Assembly (NCBI GenBank): GCA_020184695.1
Contig: JAANOX010000052.1
Span: 1 to 64,000, forward strand
Source: Histomonas meleagridis 2922-C6/04-290x
Lineage: Eukaryota; Protista; Parabasalia
Length of the DNA stretch: 64,000 bases
Direction of reading: 5' to 3'
Made by a program: the position numbers and the translations under genes. This document shows positions 41,203 to 52,759 of the stretch, in pieces (positions within the stretch are counted from its first letter, which is position 1; each line of letters opens with the position of its first letter). Below the pieces are notes generated by a model. It was not told where the DNA came from. It made no database searches and saw only the letters and a list, made by a program, of their open reading frames with translations.

Positions 41203-43363
41203 TCATACAGACGATGTATCAGTTTCATATGTTTCAGTTTCAGTTTCATAAGAAGTTGAATAAACTGACGAAGTCTCAGCCTCTGTTTCATACGAAGTAT
41301 CGCTTGACTCGCTTGAATCTGACGATGACGAATCGCTTTTCTTCTTGTCTTCATTCTCCTTCTTCTCTTCTGAAGATGCTCCTTCACTTGTTTCGCTACT
41401 TTCGCTCTTTAGCGTCGGCGGTAGTGCAGTCGTCGCTTCCATTTTCTTCGACGATGACGCATCGCTACTTGTTTCGCTGCTCTCCTTCTTTGGCGTAGGC
41501 GACTTCAGCGGCTTCTTTCTCTCCGGCGTTTCGCTACTTGTTTCGGCGCTTTCGCTCTTTGACATTTCCTCATTATCGGACGATGACTTATCATTCGTTT
41601 GTTTCTTATTCTTATTATTTGACGACTCATCACTTGTGTCGCTGCTTTCGCTGTTTTCCTTCTTTGGCGTTGGAGGCTTTGGAATCGGTACTTTCTTCTT
41701 CTTTGACGACTCATCACTTGTGTCGCTGCTTTCACTGTTTTCCTTCTTTGGCGTTGGAGGCTTTGGAATCGGTACTTTCTTCTTCTTGTTCTTCGACGAT
41801 GACTCATCGCTTGTGTCGCTTCCACTTTTTTCTTTCTTTGACGTTACCTTCATTGGCGGCTTCGGCAAAGGCGCCTTTCTTTTGTTTTCGTTTTCGTTCT
41901 CGTTTTTAAGTTCGTTCGGATTCGAATATCGCATTACGTCATTGAAACGAATCGGCTGATCTAACGAGACAGAGTTAATGGAATGTTGCACAGGTTTCGC
42001 CATTTCTTTAAGACGTTCTCTTCTTCGTAACATTTTCATCTCTTGCTCTTGTGTTAGCGGCACTTCTGGTCCAATTGTTTGCACTAAATAATCGAACATT
42101 CGTGCAGCATATCGATCGGGTGGAACACAGCTCATTTGATCATGCGCATAAACAATTGATTTGAACGCATGCTCAGCCTTTTTACGAGAGTTATAGCTCT
42201 GTAAGAAGTCGATGATACCGATGAAATAGACCTCTGAGATCGGCTCGTCTAACTCAGTACTTCCTCGTAAGCCGCCGCAATATGATAATAATTTTTGCTT
42301 ATCTGTAGGGGCAAATGGCATAACTGCTAACGTTTGTTTGGAGCTTTCGGCAATGCTGACAACACCTTTGACTGTCGGCTCCAGTTTCTTCTTTTTGGCG
42401 CCATGCTTTTGTAATTTCTTTCGGACAATAACTGAGTTACCATTATAACGTGACTGGCTGGAAATGTTCGGAGTGAAGATACTTAAGATTTCGATCTTTT
42501 CCGCCAGGAGCTGGATGCATAATCGGTGAATCGGGATTAAATTGATGAATTCCAATAAGTAAAGAATAGTCCATTAGGCCACAGGATGATAAGAAGTTGG
42601 TGTCATCAAGTAATTGGGTACGTAAAAGAGTCCAATCGCGTGGGCCGATCGAAAGATATCGCTTCTCAGCAAATTCCGTATCTTTCATGGTGACTCCAGG
42701 CTTATCTTTCTTCTCTGGTGCTACATGCCGATTAACAGTTGAGCCTTTAAGATCAAATTTATATTTAAGTTGGAATCCAATTGGAAAAACATTGTTCATA
42801 ATAACAAACCGGATCGGACGGCCCATGGATGTTTGTGAACGGTAAACTCCAAAGAATTGATTAACTAGAGTATCTGGATGAGTAGAAACATATTGATAAT
42901 ACTTTGGTAAAATTCGACGTAGAACCGCTAATTCATCTTTGGTTAATGTCTTGAGTACATAGCGGCCATCCCAGGTATAGAAAAACATAGCGCCACTTCG
43001 GCCAATTGTTTTTAATTCGGACATCATATAATCAGCTGTAAGAGAAACAAGATATTCATCATCAGTTATTCCAAAAAGATGGCGCAAATGCATGAAAACA
43101 ACTGGTGCGTATGTTTTGAATTTATAATCGTAATTACCATGATGAGCAGGAGCATAGTGATTACCTTCACGTGGGATATCAATTTTTTCATATTCATTAA
43201 AATGGAAACCTTGTAGTTTAGCAAGAGGTTGTGCAGATATTCTACTAACATGAACGCGAATACCAAGGAGCATTCCATATACACGATCATAGCTTTTGGA
43301 ATCAGTTTCAACAGCGCGCCCAATCGCAGGCGCCTCGCTGTAGTCGCTTTGCCTTCTGTCCAT
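41203..43363 (-). CDS. Phosphatidylinositol-4-phosphate 5-kinase (Mss4/PIP5K) with Ser/Lys/Glu-rich tail; one predicted intron
   Basis: FKTYAPVVF, GRSGAMFFYTWD, KFDLKGST, DYSLLIGIH and IGIIDFLQSY motifs lie across two frames, joined by removing 42458-42482. Confidence 0.9.
41619..41786 (-). repeat. 84-bp tandem duplication in PIP5K tail
   Basis: KKKVPIPKPPTPKKENSESSDTSDESS occurs twice. Confidence 0.85.
42458..42482 (-). other. Predicted 25-nt GT-AG spliceosomal intron
   Basis: Minus strand GTATCTTCACTCCGAACATTTCCAG. Removal gives ...DRNLNQSRYNGNSV... and joins the two PIP5K ORFs in frame. Confidence 0.55.
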
Positions 43364-43852
43364 TTTCCTTCTAGTGCTTTTTCAACAGAAATTTCGGTTT
43401 TTCACCTAAACAAAAAAGTGGAGGAACCATACCCACAAAGAGGTTATTTCCAACGATACAAATTCTGGAAAAAAACCCGCGAAAATTTTAACACGAAAAG
43501 TGTCAGTGAATAAGATTACAACTATTTAATTTTTTTCTTTTGATTTTGCTGTCTGCATAATGACATTTTATTTTATCATTCAATGAGCAAATAATATAAA
43601 AAGATATACTTTAGAAACTTCACTATCAAAAAATATAATAAGGATGAAAAATTAAAATAATCTATTGATTTGTTTGCAAATTCATAATATAAAATACATT
43701 TGACATGAGCATTACACTTAAAACTTTGTGAAAATGATATAAGCTTTTGTGAATAAATTTCTCCCTAATCGCTCGTGCTGGTTTTTAGTTTTCATGATTT
43801 ATTTCCTTTGAACTCGAAACTTCAACAAAGTAAAAAAACGTTTTTTCTCCAA

Positions 43853-44725
43853 ATGGAAAGCCAAAAGCGTTTTACGAACCAAACGCGCTTTTCACGAAAT
43901 CAAATCGAATCTTCTGCACGCAGGCTTTCACAACCAAAAAAACAGTTTTTTTCAAATCAGACGAATGATGAAGATTTTGCTAAAGCATATTTCAAAGCTA
44001 ATCCAAATATTTCTCTTGACCTCCGCTCTCCAGAAGAAAAACTTTATGATATTAATTATCAACTTCAAAACTTTGATCTTGACATACAAGAAAAATACAA
44101 AGCACTTTTACAAAAGATGACTCTTGTTGAAATTGCTTACGGAACTGAATCCTATGAAGCACTTCAATCGCATTACGATCTTGGTCTTTTTTATAATGAA
44201 AATAATCGACCAGAAAGTGCTCTTCGTCATTTAACCAAAGCAAAGGCCATCCAAGATAATATTAACATCACTTCTTCTGAAAGAATTTCAATTTCTATTG
44301 AGATGATTAATTCTTATCTTATTCTTCGAAATAAAGAAGATCGAGTTGAAGCACAAAAAACGATTGCCAAAGCGAGTGAAGAAATGCAGCTCATATTAAA
44401 TGTTAATATAGAAGATCTTGAGTTAAGTTATAAGCGTGATTATGTTGTTGCCAAAGTTTTAGCAACAAAAAGGAAATTTGAAGAATCGCTAAAAATGTAC
44501 GAAATGGCATATAATGAATTGATTAAAATAAAACAAAACAAATGCTGCATTGAATGCGGTCATATACTTTTCGAAATGGCTAAGGTTGCCGATGAATTAA
44601 GTGAAAATGAAAAAGCAATTAAATATTATAAAGAGTCACAAATGATATTTAATGAACTTGGAATGGAAGATACATATGCACTCGTTACATACAGGTTGTC
44701 TAAATTTAATAACAAAAATATTTAA
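43853..44725 (+). CDS. TPR-containing protein (TTC23-like)
   Basis: EIAYGTESYEALQSHYDLGLFY...SALRHL and further TPR-like helices. Start MESQKR at 43853. Confidence 0.6.
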   Translation: MESQKRFTNQTRFSRNQIESSARRLSQPKKQFFSNQTNDEDFAKAYFKANPNISLDLRSPEEKLYDINYQLQNFDLDIQEKYKALLQKMTLVEIAYGTESYEALQSHYDLGLFYNENNRPESALRHLTKAKAIQDNINITSSERISISIEMINSYLILRNKEDRVEAQKTIAKASEEMQLILNVNIEDLELSYKRDYVVAKVLATKRKFEESLKMYEMAYNELIKIKQNKCCIECGHILFEMAKVADELSENEKAIKYYKESQMIFNELGMEDTYALVTYRLSKFNNKNI

Positions 44726-45039
44726 TTTGTTTGTTTGTATAGAAATAAACGTTTTATTGAAATCTTTTTTTCAGCAAAATTGAAAATGATAAATTATTTT
44801 CATAATAAAAAAAATTATAATTAAAAAAAACCAAAATTATTGGTTTAAACTATCTCTTAATAGTTTCACTCGTCAGTCAGAATGATAATAGAATTCTATT
44901 TTTTAAATATAAAATTTTATATTGATTCATATTTATCTAATATATTACTATCATAAAAAAAATATGTTTTAAAAATTTATATTAAAATTAGTAAGAAAAC
45001 CTGATTCAAAGCGTCTATCTCTGATAAACTATATTTTTC

Positions 45040-45775
45040 AATTTCCAATTATTATTTTGAAATATAAAATTATTAAAATAAATTCTAAATCGAATAAATA
45101 AACATTTTTAGTATTAACATTAATTCCCTTTTTCTATTGTTTGGTTAAAATTAAAATTTGTTTGTGATGATATTTCTTGAAGTTTATCTGATTCATCATT
45201 TCGTATTGTTTTCGCTAGTTTATTTGGGTTAACACCTTCTTTAATTAAATGTTTATGAAGCTCCCAATTATCTTTTGAAAGTTCATCATAATTTTCTTGG
45301 AGTTGTTCCATTAATCTGGGAGAAATATCAGCTATTAAACATGTAATTTGTTTTTTTGTTATATGTGCATAATGTGCTAAATAAGGAATCATTTTACTTT
45401 TGTTTATTTTTGCTTCACTATTTCATTTTCAATAATTTTGTCAACAAGGTAATATGATCCTTGACTATTAATATTTAATAAAAATTGGATAAACATATCG
45501 ATAACATTATTATTAGATTTTATTTCAATTTTTTGTAAAAATTCTAAACATAATTTTTCATCATCTTTGGAAATAAAATATGAATAAATAATTCTGCAAA
45601 TGATATAAAATAATGAATATGAATATTCGACAGAAAAGTAATTTAGTAGAGTTTTAACTGTTTGTTCTAGATTTTCTTCGTTTAAATCAAAAATAAATTG
45701 TTTAAGCTCTTGCAACATTTGGAGATTTTCCTTATATTTATTTTTTCTTGTGTGACTTTGAATTCCTCCCATCAA
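45040..45775 (-). pseudogene. Internally deleted, frameshifted paralog of ankyrin gene 2
   Basis: Starts MMGGIQSHTRKNKYKENL like 5843, shifts frame near 45400, and after FNQTIEK jumps to GINVNTKNV plus a spacer sequence. Confidence 0.85.
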
Positions 45776-45951
45776 ATAATATAGCGTAAAAAGTGAAATG
45801 AGTTACCGTTTATCTCTTCTGTTCAGTTTTTTTAATTTTTTTTAACATATATATGATATGAATTTCCATATCTAAATAGAATATCCATTTCTAAAATATA
45901 GCTAATGAAATTATAAGATAAATAATTATAAAATTATCAAGTCGAATATTT

Positions 45952-45976
45952 AAAAAAAAAAAAAAAAAAAAAAAAA
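45952..45976 (+). repeat. A25 homopolymer
   Basis: Read directly from the sequence. Confidence 0.9.
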
Positions 45977-46028
45977 TAGAAATTTTCACACATATAAAAA
46001 CATTTTATTAAGTAACTGTTATAAGATT

Positions 46029-48653
46029 TCATTTCATCTCTGTTTGTCCAGGGAAAGTTGTAGTTAACTTTTTTACTGTTTCACTATCAGTATAACCTTT
46101 TTTCACACTTGTTTGAAACATTGTATGAAACAAAGGCTTACCTTTTACAGAAGGCTCCAATCTTTCGTTTTTCATTTTTATTAAATCTTTATAAGGCTCC
46201 TGAATTCTTAACGAAACATTTTCATTTTCCTTTATAACATCATTTTTTATATTGTTATTATAATATTTCTTTTCGATCATTTTACTTAAAGGAATTGGGT
46301 CATTATATTCCTCATCAATAAAAATAGGCTTTACTTGATCAAATGTTTCATTTGGGTGAACACTTGAATTATATTTACTATAAATAGGCCCACGAGATTC
46401 TTTAAGCCATCTTTCACTAGCATTTGCTAATGATAAGTCTTTGTTGTTCCAAGGAACATTATTTTTACCCGATTTTAATTCGAGTAATGGCTCTAAATAT
46501 GTTTTATTAGTTACATTACAATTAAAACGTTTTCCATTTTTGATTTCTTTCCCATTTTCTTCACGGAAACGTTTTAAGTTCATGTTATCACTGACAAGTT
46601 CAGCTAATGTATTATAGTTTTCTTCGGGATATTCAATTGTCCATTCTTTATCACGAAGTGAATTCGGATCATTTGTATACCATATTTCATATTCATTATC
46701 AGAATGAATTATATTTCGATTTATATGTTTTTTATTTTCGAGATTTTTTATAATTTTTTTATTACGCTTTTGGTAATAATTAAAATTTTTTATTTTATTA
46801 TTATTATTAACATTTTTATTATTATTAGAAATTGGTACATATATAAAATTATTATTTATTTTAGTTTTTGGTATTTCATTATTTGTTGTATTATCATTAT
46901 TATTATAATTTGTTTGTGATTTGGTTTCATTCACATTGTTTTGTGGTTGAATTCCTTTCTTGATATTAAGGATTTCAAGATCATGTGAATGAGGCCATAA
47001 TTCATTTGTATTCATTTCGTTAAAATTCGTCACTTTTGTCATCAAGTGAAGCTGATTCAATACTTTACTTAGATTTGATGTTGTCGAATGTTTTACATAA
47101 AGTTGTGGTTCACATATAAGAGAACTTAATGATTCGCTTAAATGAATTCGCTTTATTGCACTATCGAAGTTTTTATATAAGCGTGGTGAAGGATATAATA
47201 CAGTTTGATCAGAAAGAATTTTTAAATGTGTACCAACTTGTGTAGAAAGAAATTTATCAAGTGATATTTGCGAATTAGAACCTTTGATAACTTCGAATAC
47301 CATAATATGTATGTCTGAACTAATGAGATAAAACCCTGAAATGGCTGATGAATCATCACTTTCAACTTTTAATGTAGTAACAATATTTAAATCATCAACA
47401 CCAAATACCTCTGAGTTTATAATGTTAATTTGATTAAGTAAACTTTCAATAAAACTCTTTTCAAGATCATGTAAATCAGAATAATAACCATAAATTACAT
47501 ATCTATTGAAATACATAGGTGAAGCTGCTTCAACAGGTAATTGTTGATTGATACTAGATCGTTTAGGTGTTGCAGGTGTACTTGTTCGTGTGAAAATTTC
47601 TTTTGGTGGTGATACAAAATCACTAAGATTTTCAAGTACAAAACTTGCATATGTACCATTTTCAGTATAATTACCGGAGGAAAGTGAATTTCTTGGATTT
47701 ATTGCTTGGAAAAATGTGTTACATCGAGATGATTCCAATTTAACGGTCGCCTTGCCAAACGGTCGACTCGAGGTGCCCTGAATTCCAAGAATTTGATCGA
47801 TTGAAATTTGTTCATGTTTTATCTGTTTTTGGAAAGATAAATCCACAAGCCCAGAACCAATGGTTTTACTTAAATCTGGAGGATCTGTTTCTTGGTCATG
47901 AAGTTCAACTTGAATTTCTTCAATTTTTGTGTTGAACAAAACAAGAGCTGAATTAATTTTGAGATCACTTGACTTTCCTTGAGGAATTGTCGTATATTTT
48001 TGTGTGTCAACAATAATATTTAGATATGGTGCTATATAAGATTCATTATTAGTTTCTGGGATTTGATGAATACTTTTTATAAAACAAACAAATGGGCGGT
48101 GACGATATATTTGCGAATCGCTAAGTAAAGGATGATCAATTGAAATATTAAATGAAAATTCAGAAAATCCTGGTGGCTTACATGAAGCAGAATATGATAA
48201 AAATTTTGTAAATTTACCACCACGAACAAGTAAACAGGAAGCATCAACAAAAAATATATGGTTTGGAATAGAAACAGATCTTTTTGTTCCAACTTTCCCT
48301 CTTCCTGATGTAGTAGATTTAGACGAAAACTCAATGCGATAAATAAGTTGCTTTTCGCGTATATTATTAATGAACGAATCATCAATTTGAATTGTTAATT
48401 TTGAAGACCAATTTGTTTCTGGATTTGTTATTTCAACCTTTGGTGGTTTAGCTGCTCTTGGAAGAGAGTGTGGTAAAATTAAATCAACATCGCCATCATA
48501 AGGTTTTGTTGGATCTTCTTTTGCAATTATCTGAAAAGTAAAATTAACAAGATGATTACCAATTGGATCATTGATGTCGACACCACATATATCACGAGGA
48601 CCAGCGTTATCTTGAAGACTTTCCTTGTTGATTTTGCATGATCTACTTTTCAT
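46029..48653 (-). CDS. Uncharacterised protein, possibly CFAP92/KIAA1257-like
   Basis: ~874-aa ORF with C2-like segments (VELHDQE, PFGKATVKL, RIHLSESL...EPQLYVK). Family assignment is tentative. Confidence 0.5.
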   Translation of the reverse strand: MKSRSCKINKESLQDNAGPRDICGVDINDPIGNHLVNFTFQIIAKEDPTKPYDGDVDLILPHSLPRAAKPPKVEITNPETNWSSKLTIQIDDSFINNIREKQLIYRIEFSSKSTTSGRGKVGTKRSVSIPNHIFFVDASCLLVRGGKFTKFLSYSASCKPPGFSEFSFNISIDHPLLSDSQIYRHRPFVCFIKSIHQIPETNNESYIAPYLNIIVDTQKYTTIPQGKSSDLKINSALVLFNTKIEEIQVELHDQETDPPDLSKTIGSGLVDLSFQKQIKHEQISIDQILGIQGTSSRPFGKATVKLESSRCNTFFQAINPRNSLSSGNYTENGTYASFVLENLSDFVSPPKEIFTRTSTPATPKRSSINQQLPVEAASPMYFNRYVIYGYYSDLHDLEKSFIESLLNQINIINSEVFGVDDLNIVTTLKVESDDSSAISGFYLISSDIHIMVFEVIKGSNSQISLDKFLSTQVGTHLKILSDQTVLYPSPRLYKNFDSAIKRIHLSESLSSLICEPQLYVKHSTTSNLSKVLNQLHLMTKVTNFNEMNTNELWPHSHDLEILNIKKGIQPQNNVNETKSQTNYNNNDNTTNNEIPKTKINNNFIYVPISNNNKNVNNNNKIKNFNYYQKRNKKIIKNLENKKHINRNIIHSDNEYEIWYTNDPNSLRDKEWTIEYPEENYNTLAELVSDNMNLKRFREENGKEIKNGKRFNCNVTNKTYLEPLLELKSGKNNVPWNNKDLSLANASERWLKESRGPIYSKYNSSVHPNETFDQVKPIFIDEEYNDPIPLSKMIEKKYYNNNIKNDVIKENENVSLRIQEPYKDLIKMKNERLEPSVKGKPLFHTMFQTSVKKGYTDSETVKKLTTTFPGQTEMK

Positions 48654-49087
48654 TCTGCAAATAACGTACAAAAACGATAAAAATTGATTCAATTTGTAAA
48701 CGTATGGCTAAATGAAGAAGATCAACTTTTTTGTCTTATGTTTCATGTATATTTTTATGAAAATTCGGAATTAAATCAAAATTCATTTTATTGCTTTCAA
48801 TGAAATTAAATTCTTCTATATTGCATATTCAAATTTGAAAATTTTGACTTTTAGATCCAAAGTCACATATACTTTGTTTACTTTTATCTTATTGGACTTA
48901 AATTCCTTCATGACACAAATCTTTATATGAAATATAAATCCAACGAATTACATTCAAGAAATGATTAAAAGTAATCTATGATACTTATATCGTGAAAAAC
49001 TTATCAAAGGAATTCGGCATTTTATGGTAAATAAGTTTGATAAAAAAATAAGACGATTTATTTTTGATGAAAATGCAATTGATAAAA

Positions 49088-49669
49088 TTAGCAGCTGCAA
49101 TGCTTTTTTTCAGTATTAGCAGGTTTGATTTCAACTTGCGCATCTTGTTTCTGATCAGGACTTGGTTGTGGTTGATTTCCAGTTTGAATTTGTTCAGCAA
49201 TGGAATAAAAGAGAACATCCACATTTTGCCCATTTAGTGCAGACGTCATGAAGTGCTTCATTTGGTGTTCTTTTGCATATTCAGTAATTGTTTCTAGAGA
49301 AACATTTGAAGGTAAATCAACCTTATTGGAAACCAAAAAAATTTTGTTTACATTACAATTTTCATCAAGAAATCCCAGCCAGTCATTTACATGTTCAAAT
49401 GATGTCGGATTTGTAATATCAAATACAATAACAGCAATTTGAGCTCCTTTGACAAACATTGGAACAAGGCAACGGTAATCATCTTGGCCAGCAGTATCCC
49501 ATACATTAAATGTAACAGGTGTTCCTTTGTAATCAACTGTACAAGGAATTGAAGTTGAAGCAATTGTATTTTCAATTGTTTCAGTACAGTTATTATATTT
49601 ATAGATTAAGCTTGTTTTACCGACATTAGTATCTCCAACGAAAGCAACCTTTCCTTTAATAAAAGACAT
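49088..49669 (-). CDS. Rab-family small GTPase
   Basis: GDTNVGKTS, WDTAGQ, NKVD and TSA motifs; C-terminal CSC prenylation signal. Confidence 0.92.
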   Translation of the reverse strand: MSFIKGKVAFVGDTNVGKTSLIYKYNNCTETIENTIASTSIPCTVDYKGTPVTFNVWDTAGQDDYRCLVPMFVKGAQIAVIVFDITNPTSFEHVNDWLGFLDENCNVNKIFLVSNKVDLPSNVSLETITEYAKEHQMKHFMTSALNGQNVDVLFYSIAEQIQTGNQPQPSPDQKQDAQVEIKPANTEKKHCSC

Positions 49670-49885
49670 TAACAATTATTGCCAACGGTTTTTTATATTT
49701 TGAGTCGATAACCGTCGAAGTAATAATCATTCTGTAAAGTATTCAAAATTGAAAGATTTTCGCTCGAAAAAATGATGCGAAACAAAAAAAAAATTTAAAA
49801 TTTTCAAAATATAAAAAACCAAATATACCAAAAGAAATAGAAAAAATAATATATTCGCAACTTATTTTATTACAGGATTAAATGA

Positions 49886-52396
49886 TTAAACAGTATCAAA
49901 AACAGTTAAGTTTCTCAGATTCCTAAATGAAGAAAATCTTCTTTTTTCACCTTTTTCTAATCGAATCAAGAACGCAGCCGGAGAATTTCTTTGGTTTAAG
50001 AACTTTTCCATGTTATTCAATATGTGCTGATGTCTATTATCGGTATTTCTTTGACAAAGTTTTAATGATAAATTTATTTTGAAGTTTGCTGCGTAGAATA
50101 ATATTTCCAAATTTGTTGAGTCTTTATTTAACTTAAAGAAGTACAAAATGAGTTTAAATATTTGTATTAACATTTCCCAATTTCTTGTAATTAATATTTT
50201 AGCCATAGGACCTAAAGTTGATTGATCATTAACAATTTTAGCGAAAATATTTGGGTGATAAATGATAATATTTCGTAATAATCTAAATGAAGCTAATTGG
50301 ACTTTTATATCGATATCTTTATCGATTAAATTTGTTAATATTGGAATAACACTTAAATATTCATTTAGAAAGAGAATTGAAGAATTATGAAATATTAATT
50401 GTTTTAAGCTTTTAAGTATATAAACTTTATCATTAACATTATGCGTAATGAATAATGATGAAAATACAACTGATTCAAGTTGTGATATTTCATTTTTATA
50501 ATTTATTGTTGGATGTGATATTAAAATCGTTTTACAGAACTTAAAAACTAATGGAAACAATTGTAACAAGTTAATACAATTCGAAATGTTATTAATTGTA
50601 TTAGAAACAAAAAATAAAATCCAATTAATGTCATTCGTTGTTGAGTTAGGATTAACTTTAATAAGTAATAAATTCTCTAAAAAACGAATATAGTTTAAGT
50701 TGTTCATGTCCGAAAATCGGATTTTCGCAACAGTTCGCGTGAATTGTTCGAAAAACAAAAGTTTTAATGATGAACTTTCGATAATTTTATTTGTGATCTT
50801 AATAAATGTTTTTCGTGATCGTTTATATAGTCGACAAAAATATATAAAAATCGGTGGAGTGAACTCATTTAATATGTTCATAGCTTCTTTGATACCAGAT
50901 GATAATATTAAATACAAAATGTCACATAGAAATTCGTCGTTCTCGATGTCTGAAAGTATTTGTGGGATTTTCCTCGAATTTGTTTTTAAAAACGTTTGCA
51001 TGGAATTAGTTAATAATGTTAAATGGTGCTCAAAAAAATTTAACGCGTTTTTGGTCTCAAAAATTGGATTATCATAAACTGCTTTCAAATGTGAACAAAC
51101 ATGAAAACTCATAAAAATGTTTTGCACAGTAGATAAAAAGTCAGAATGTTCACCAAATGTATTCTTATTAATGATATAATATGGAACAATGTCTTTACAA
51201 GAATCTGTAAATTCCGAAAAGATGATGTAAATACGGTATAAAAGTGGAAGGTCATTAAGAATAGAATCAACAAATGAATTGCCCTGAGAAAATAACTTGG
51301 ATAAAGCACAAAAAGAAAAATACCGTATTTCAAATGAGTTGGATGACTCACATGTTTCAATAAGAATTTCAAGGCGCGGTTTTGACAACGATAGATTCAT
51401 GATTTCTTGGGGCACCTCGTCGAAATTGAATAAAGAAAGGCCTTTATATAGCATATTGTTATGAAGTGGCTCTTCAATGCCATAGTCAATGCAATTAACA
51501 ACAACCATAAGACATGATTCGAAGAATTGTGGAAAATGTTGATCAGTTCTATCGCCTAGTGAAGGCTGTGTAAAGGCAGTATACTCTTTGAGAAGCATTT
51601 CAGTGGTTTCTTTGAGTTTCTTTTCAGCAAAAGTTTTTTCCGAGAAATCAAATTTAATGAGATTTGGTTGTTCAACGGGTTGAATGGCTTCTATGGGTAT
51701 AGGAGGCGCCGCATCGATGTTGATGATTTGCTCTAGGTCTCTCGAATGGAGTGGTATGGTGATATACTTTGATGAAATTTCATACCATTTTCGCATAGCA
51801 TAGGCATATTCATCATAAGTTTTGAATAATTGTGGCAATGGTTTTTGAGGAATTAGCTTGCTTTTCCAAGGAACTTCTTCTTGAAAATGATATTTGATTG
51901 GAATATTCTCTCCTCGGGGGCCCTTTGAAGGAAAATATTCATCTGTGATGTGAGCGCCAGATATAAGAGAGGAACAAAGAGCAAGGTGATTTTGCGGATA
52001 AAGAGGTGTATTAATAATAGAAAATGTTTTTGCAGCAAGTCTATTTTCATATGTTTTGGGTGTTTTTTCTTGAATTGTTGGAACATGACAATTTGAAGGC
52101 CTTTGAAAAGAAAACCCAACAGGGACAGGAAGAAGACGTGATTCTGTTAAATCAGAAAACTGAAAGTAATAATCCCATGTAGCATTTTCATATTCTTGTT
52201 TTGAATTATAGTCTATTGGATTTGGGATTTTTTGTCTTTGAACACTCGAGTGTTCTTGTAAAACATCATAAAATTTAGACAAAACATCACCATTTGGCGC
52301 AACATAAATTGGAGTTGAATCTGTGTAGAGAGCCGATGATTGCTCTTTGGGAATATTTACTTGATATTTTGTCCCAAAAGCTGTTTCCAGTTCCAT
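49886..52396 (-). CDS. Hypothetical 836-aa protein, helical C-terminal half
   Basis: Long uninterrupted ORF. Confidence 0.75.
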   Translation of the reverse strand: MELETAFGTKYQVNIPKEQSSALYTDSTPIYVAPNGDVLSKFYDVLQEHSSVQRQKIPNPIDYNSKQEYENATWDYYFQFSDLTESRLLPVPVGFSFQRPSNCHVPTIQEKTPKTYENRLAAKTFSIINTPLYPQNHLALCSSLISGAHITDEYFPSKGPRGENIPIKYHFQEEVPWKSKLIPQKPLPQLFKTYDEYAYAMRKWYEISSKYITIPLHSRDLEQIINIDAAPPIPIEAIQPVEQPNLIKFDFSEKTFAEKKLKETTEMLLKEYTAFTQPSLGDRTDQHFPQFFESCLMVVVNCIDYGIEEPLHNNMLYKGLSLFNFDEVPQEIMNLSLSKPRLEILIETCESSNSFEIRYFSFCALSKLFSQGNSFVDSILNDLPLLYRIYIIFSEFTDSCKDIVPYYIINKNTFGEHSDFLSTVQNIFMSFHVCSHLKAVYDNPIFETKNALNFFEHHLTLLTNSMQTFLKTNSRKIPQILSDIENDEFLCDILYLILSSGIKEAMNILNEFTPPIFIYFCRLYKRSRKTFIKITNKIIESSSLKLLFFEQFTRTVAKIRFSDMNNLNYIRFLENLLLIKVNPNSTTNDINWILFFVSNTINNISNCINLLQLFPLVFKFCKTILISHPTINYKNEISQLESVVFSSLFITHNVNDKVYILKSLKQLIFHNSSILFLNEYLSVIPILTNLIDKDIDIKVQLASFRLLRNIIIYHPNIFAKIVNDQSTLGPMAKILITRNWEMLIQIFKLILYFFKLNKDSTNLEILFYAANFKINLSLKLCQRNTDNRHQHILNNMEKFLNQRNSPAAFLIRLEKGEKRRFSSFRNLRNLTVFDTV

Positions 52397-52759
52397 TTTT
52401 ACTATACGATAGAAAATTCAGAACATTACAAAGTTGTCTGGCTATGTAGTTACTTTCTTCCAAAAATCTCTGAATAAATAAAGAAATCCATCTAATTTCT
52501 TCAACACCTTATAATGAAGTTTAGAGCCTATATTTCCTATTCATTTTTTCGATAAAAAATATTAATTACATCCAATGATCATTATTATAAATGATCAATT
52601 ACAATAATGTAATTATTTCTTTGAAAACAAAAACAAACGCTATTTTGATTGCTGGTTTCATAGAAATTTTTTTGGTTTCGGTAGAATGAATGAGATTTGA
52701 CCAAAAAGTTGCTAAAATCATCGATAATCGTATTGTCCGTTTAAATTTTTTCATTTCTC

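Noticed and set aside
45952-45976. A25 as the poly(A) tail of a retrocopy
   Set aside because: Wrong strand for both flanking genes and no target-site duplication seen.
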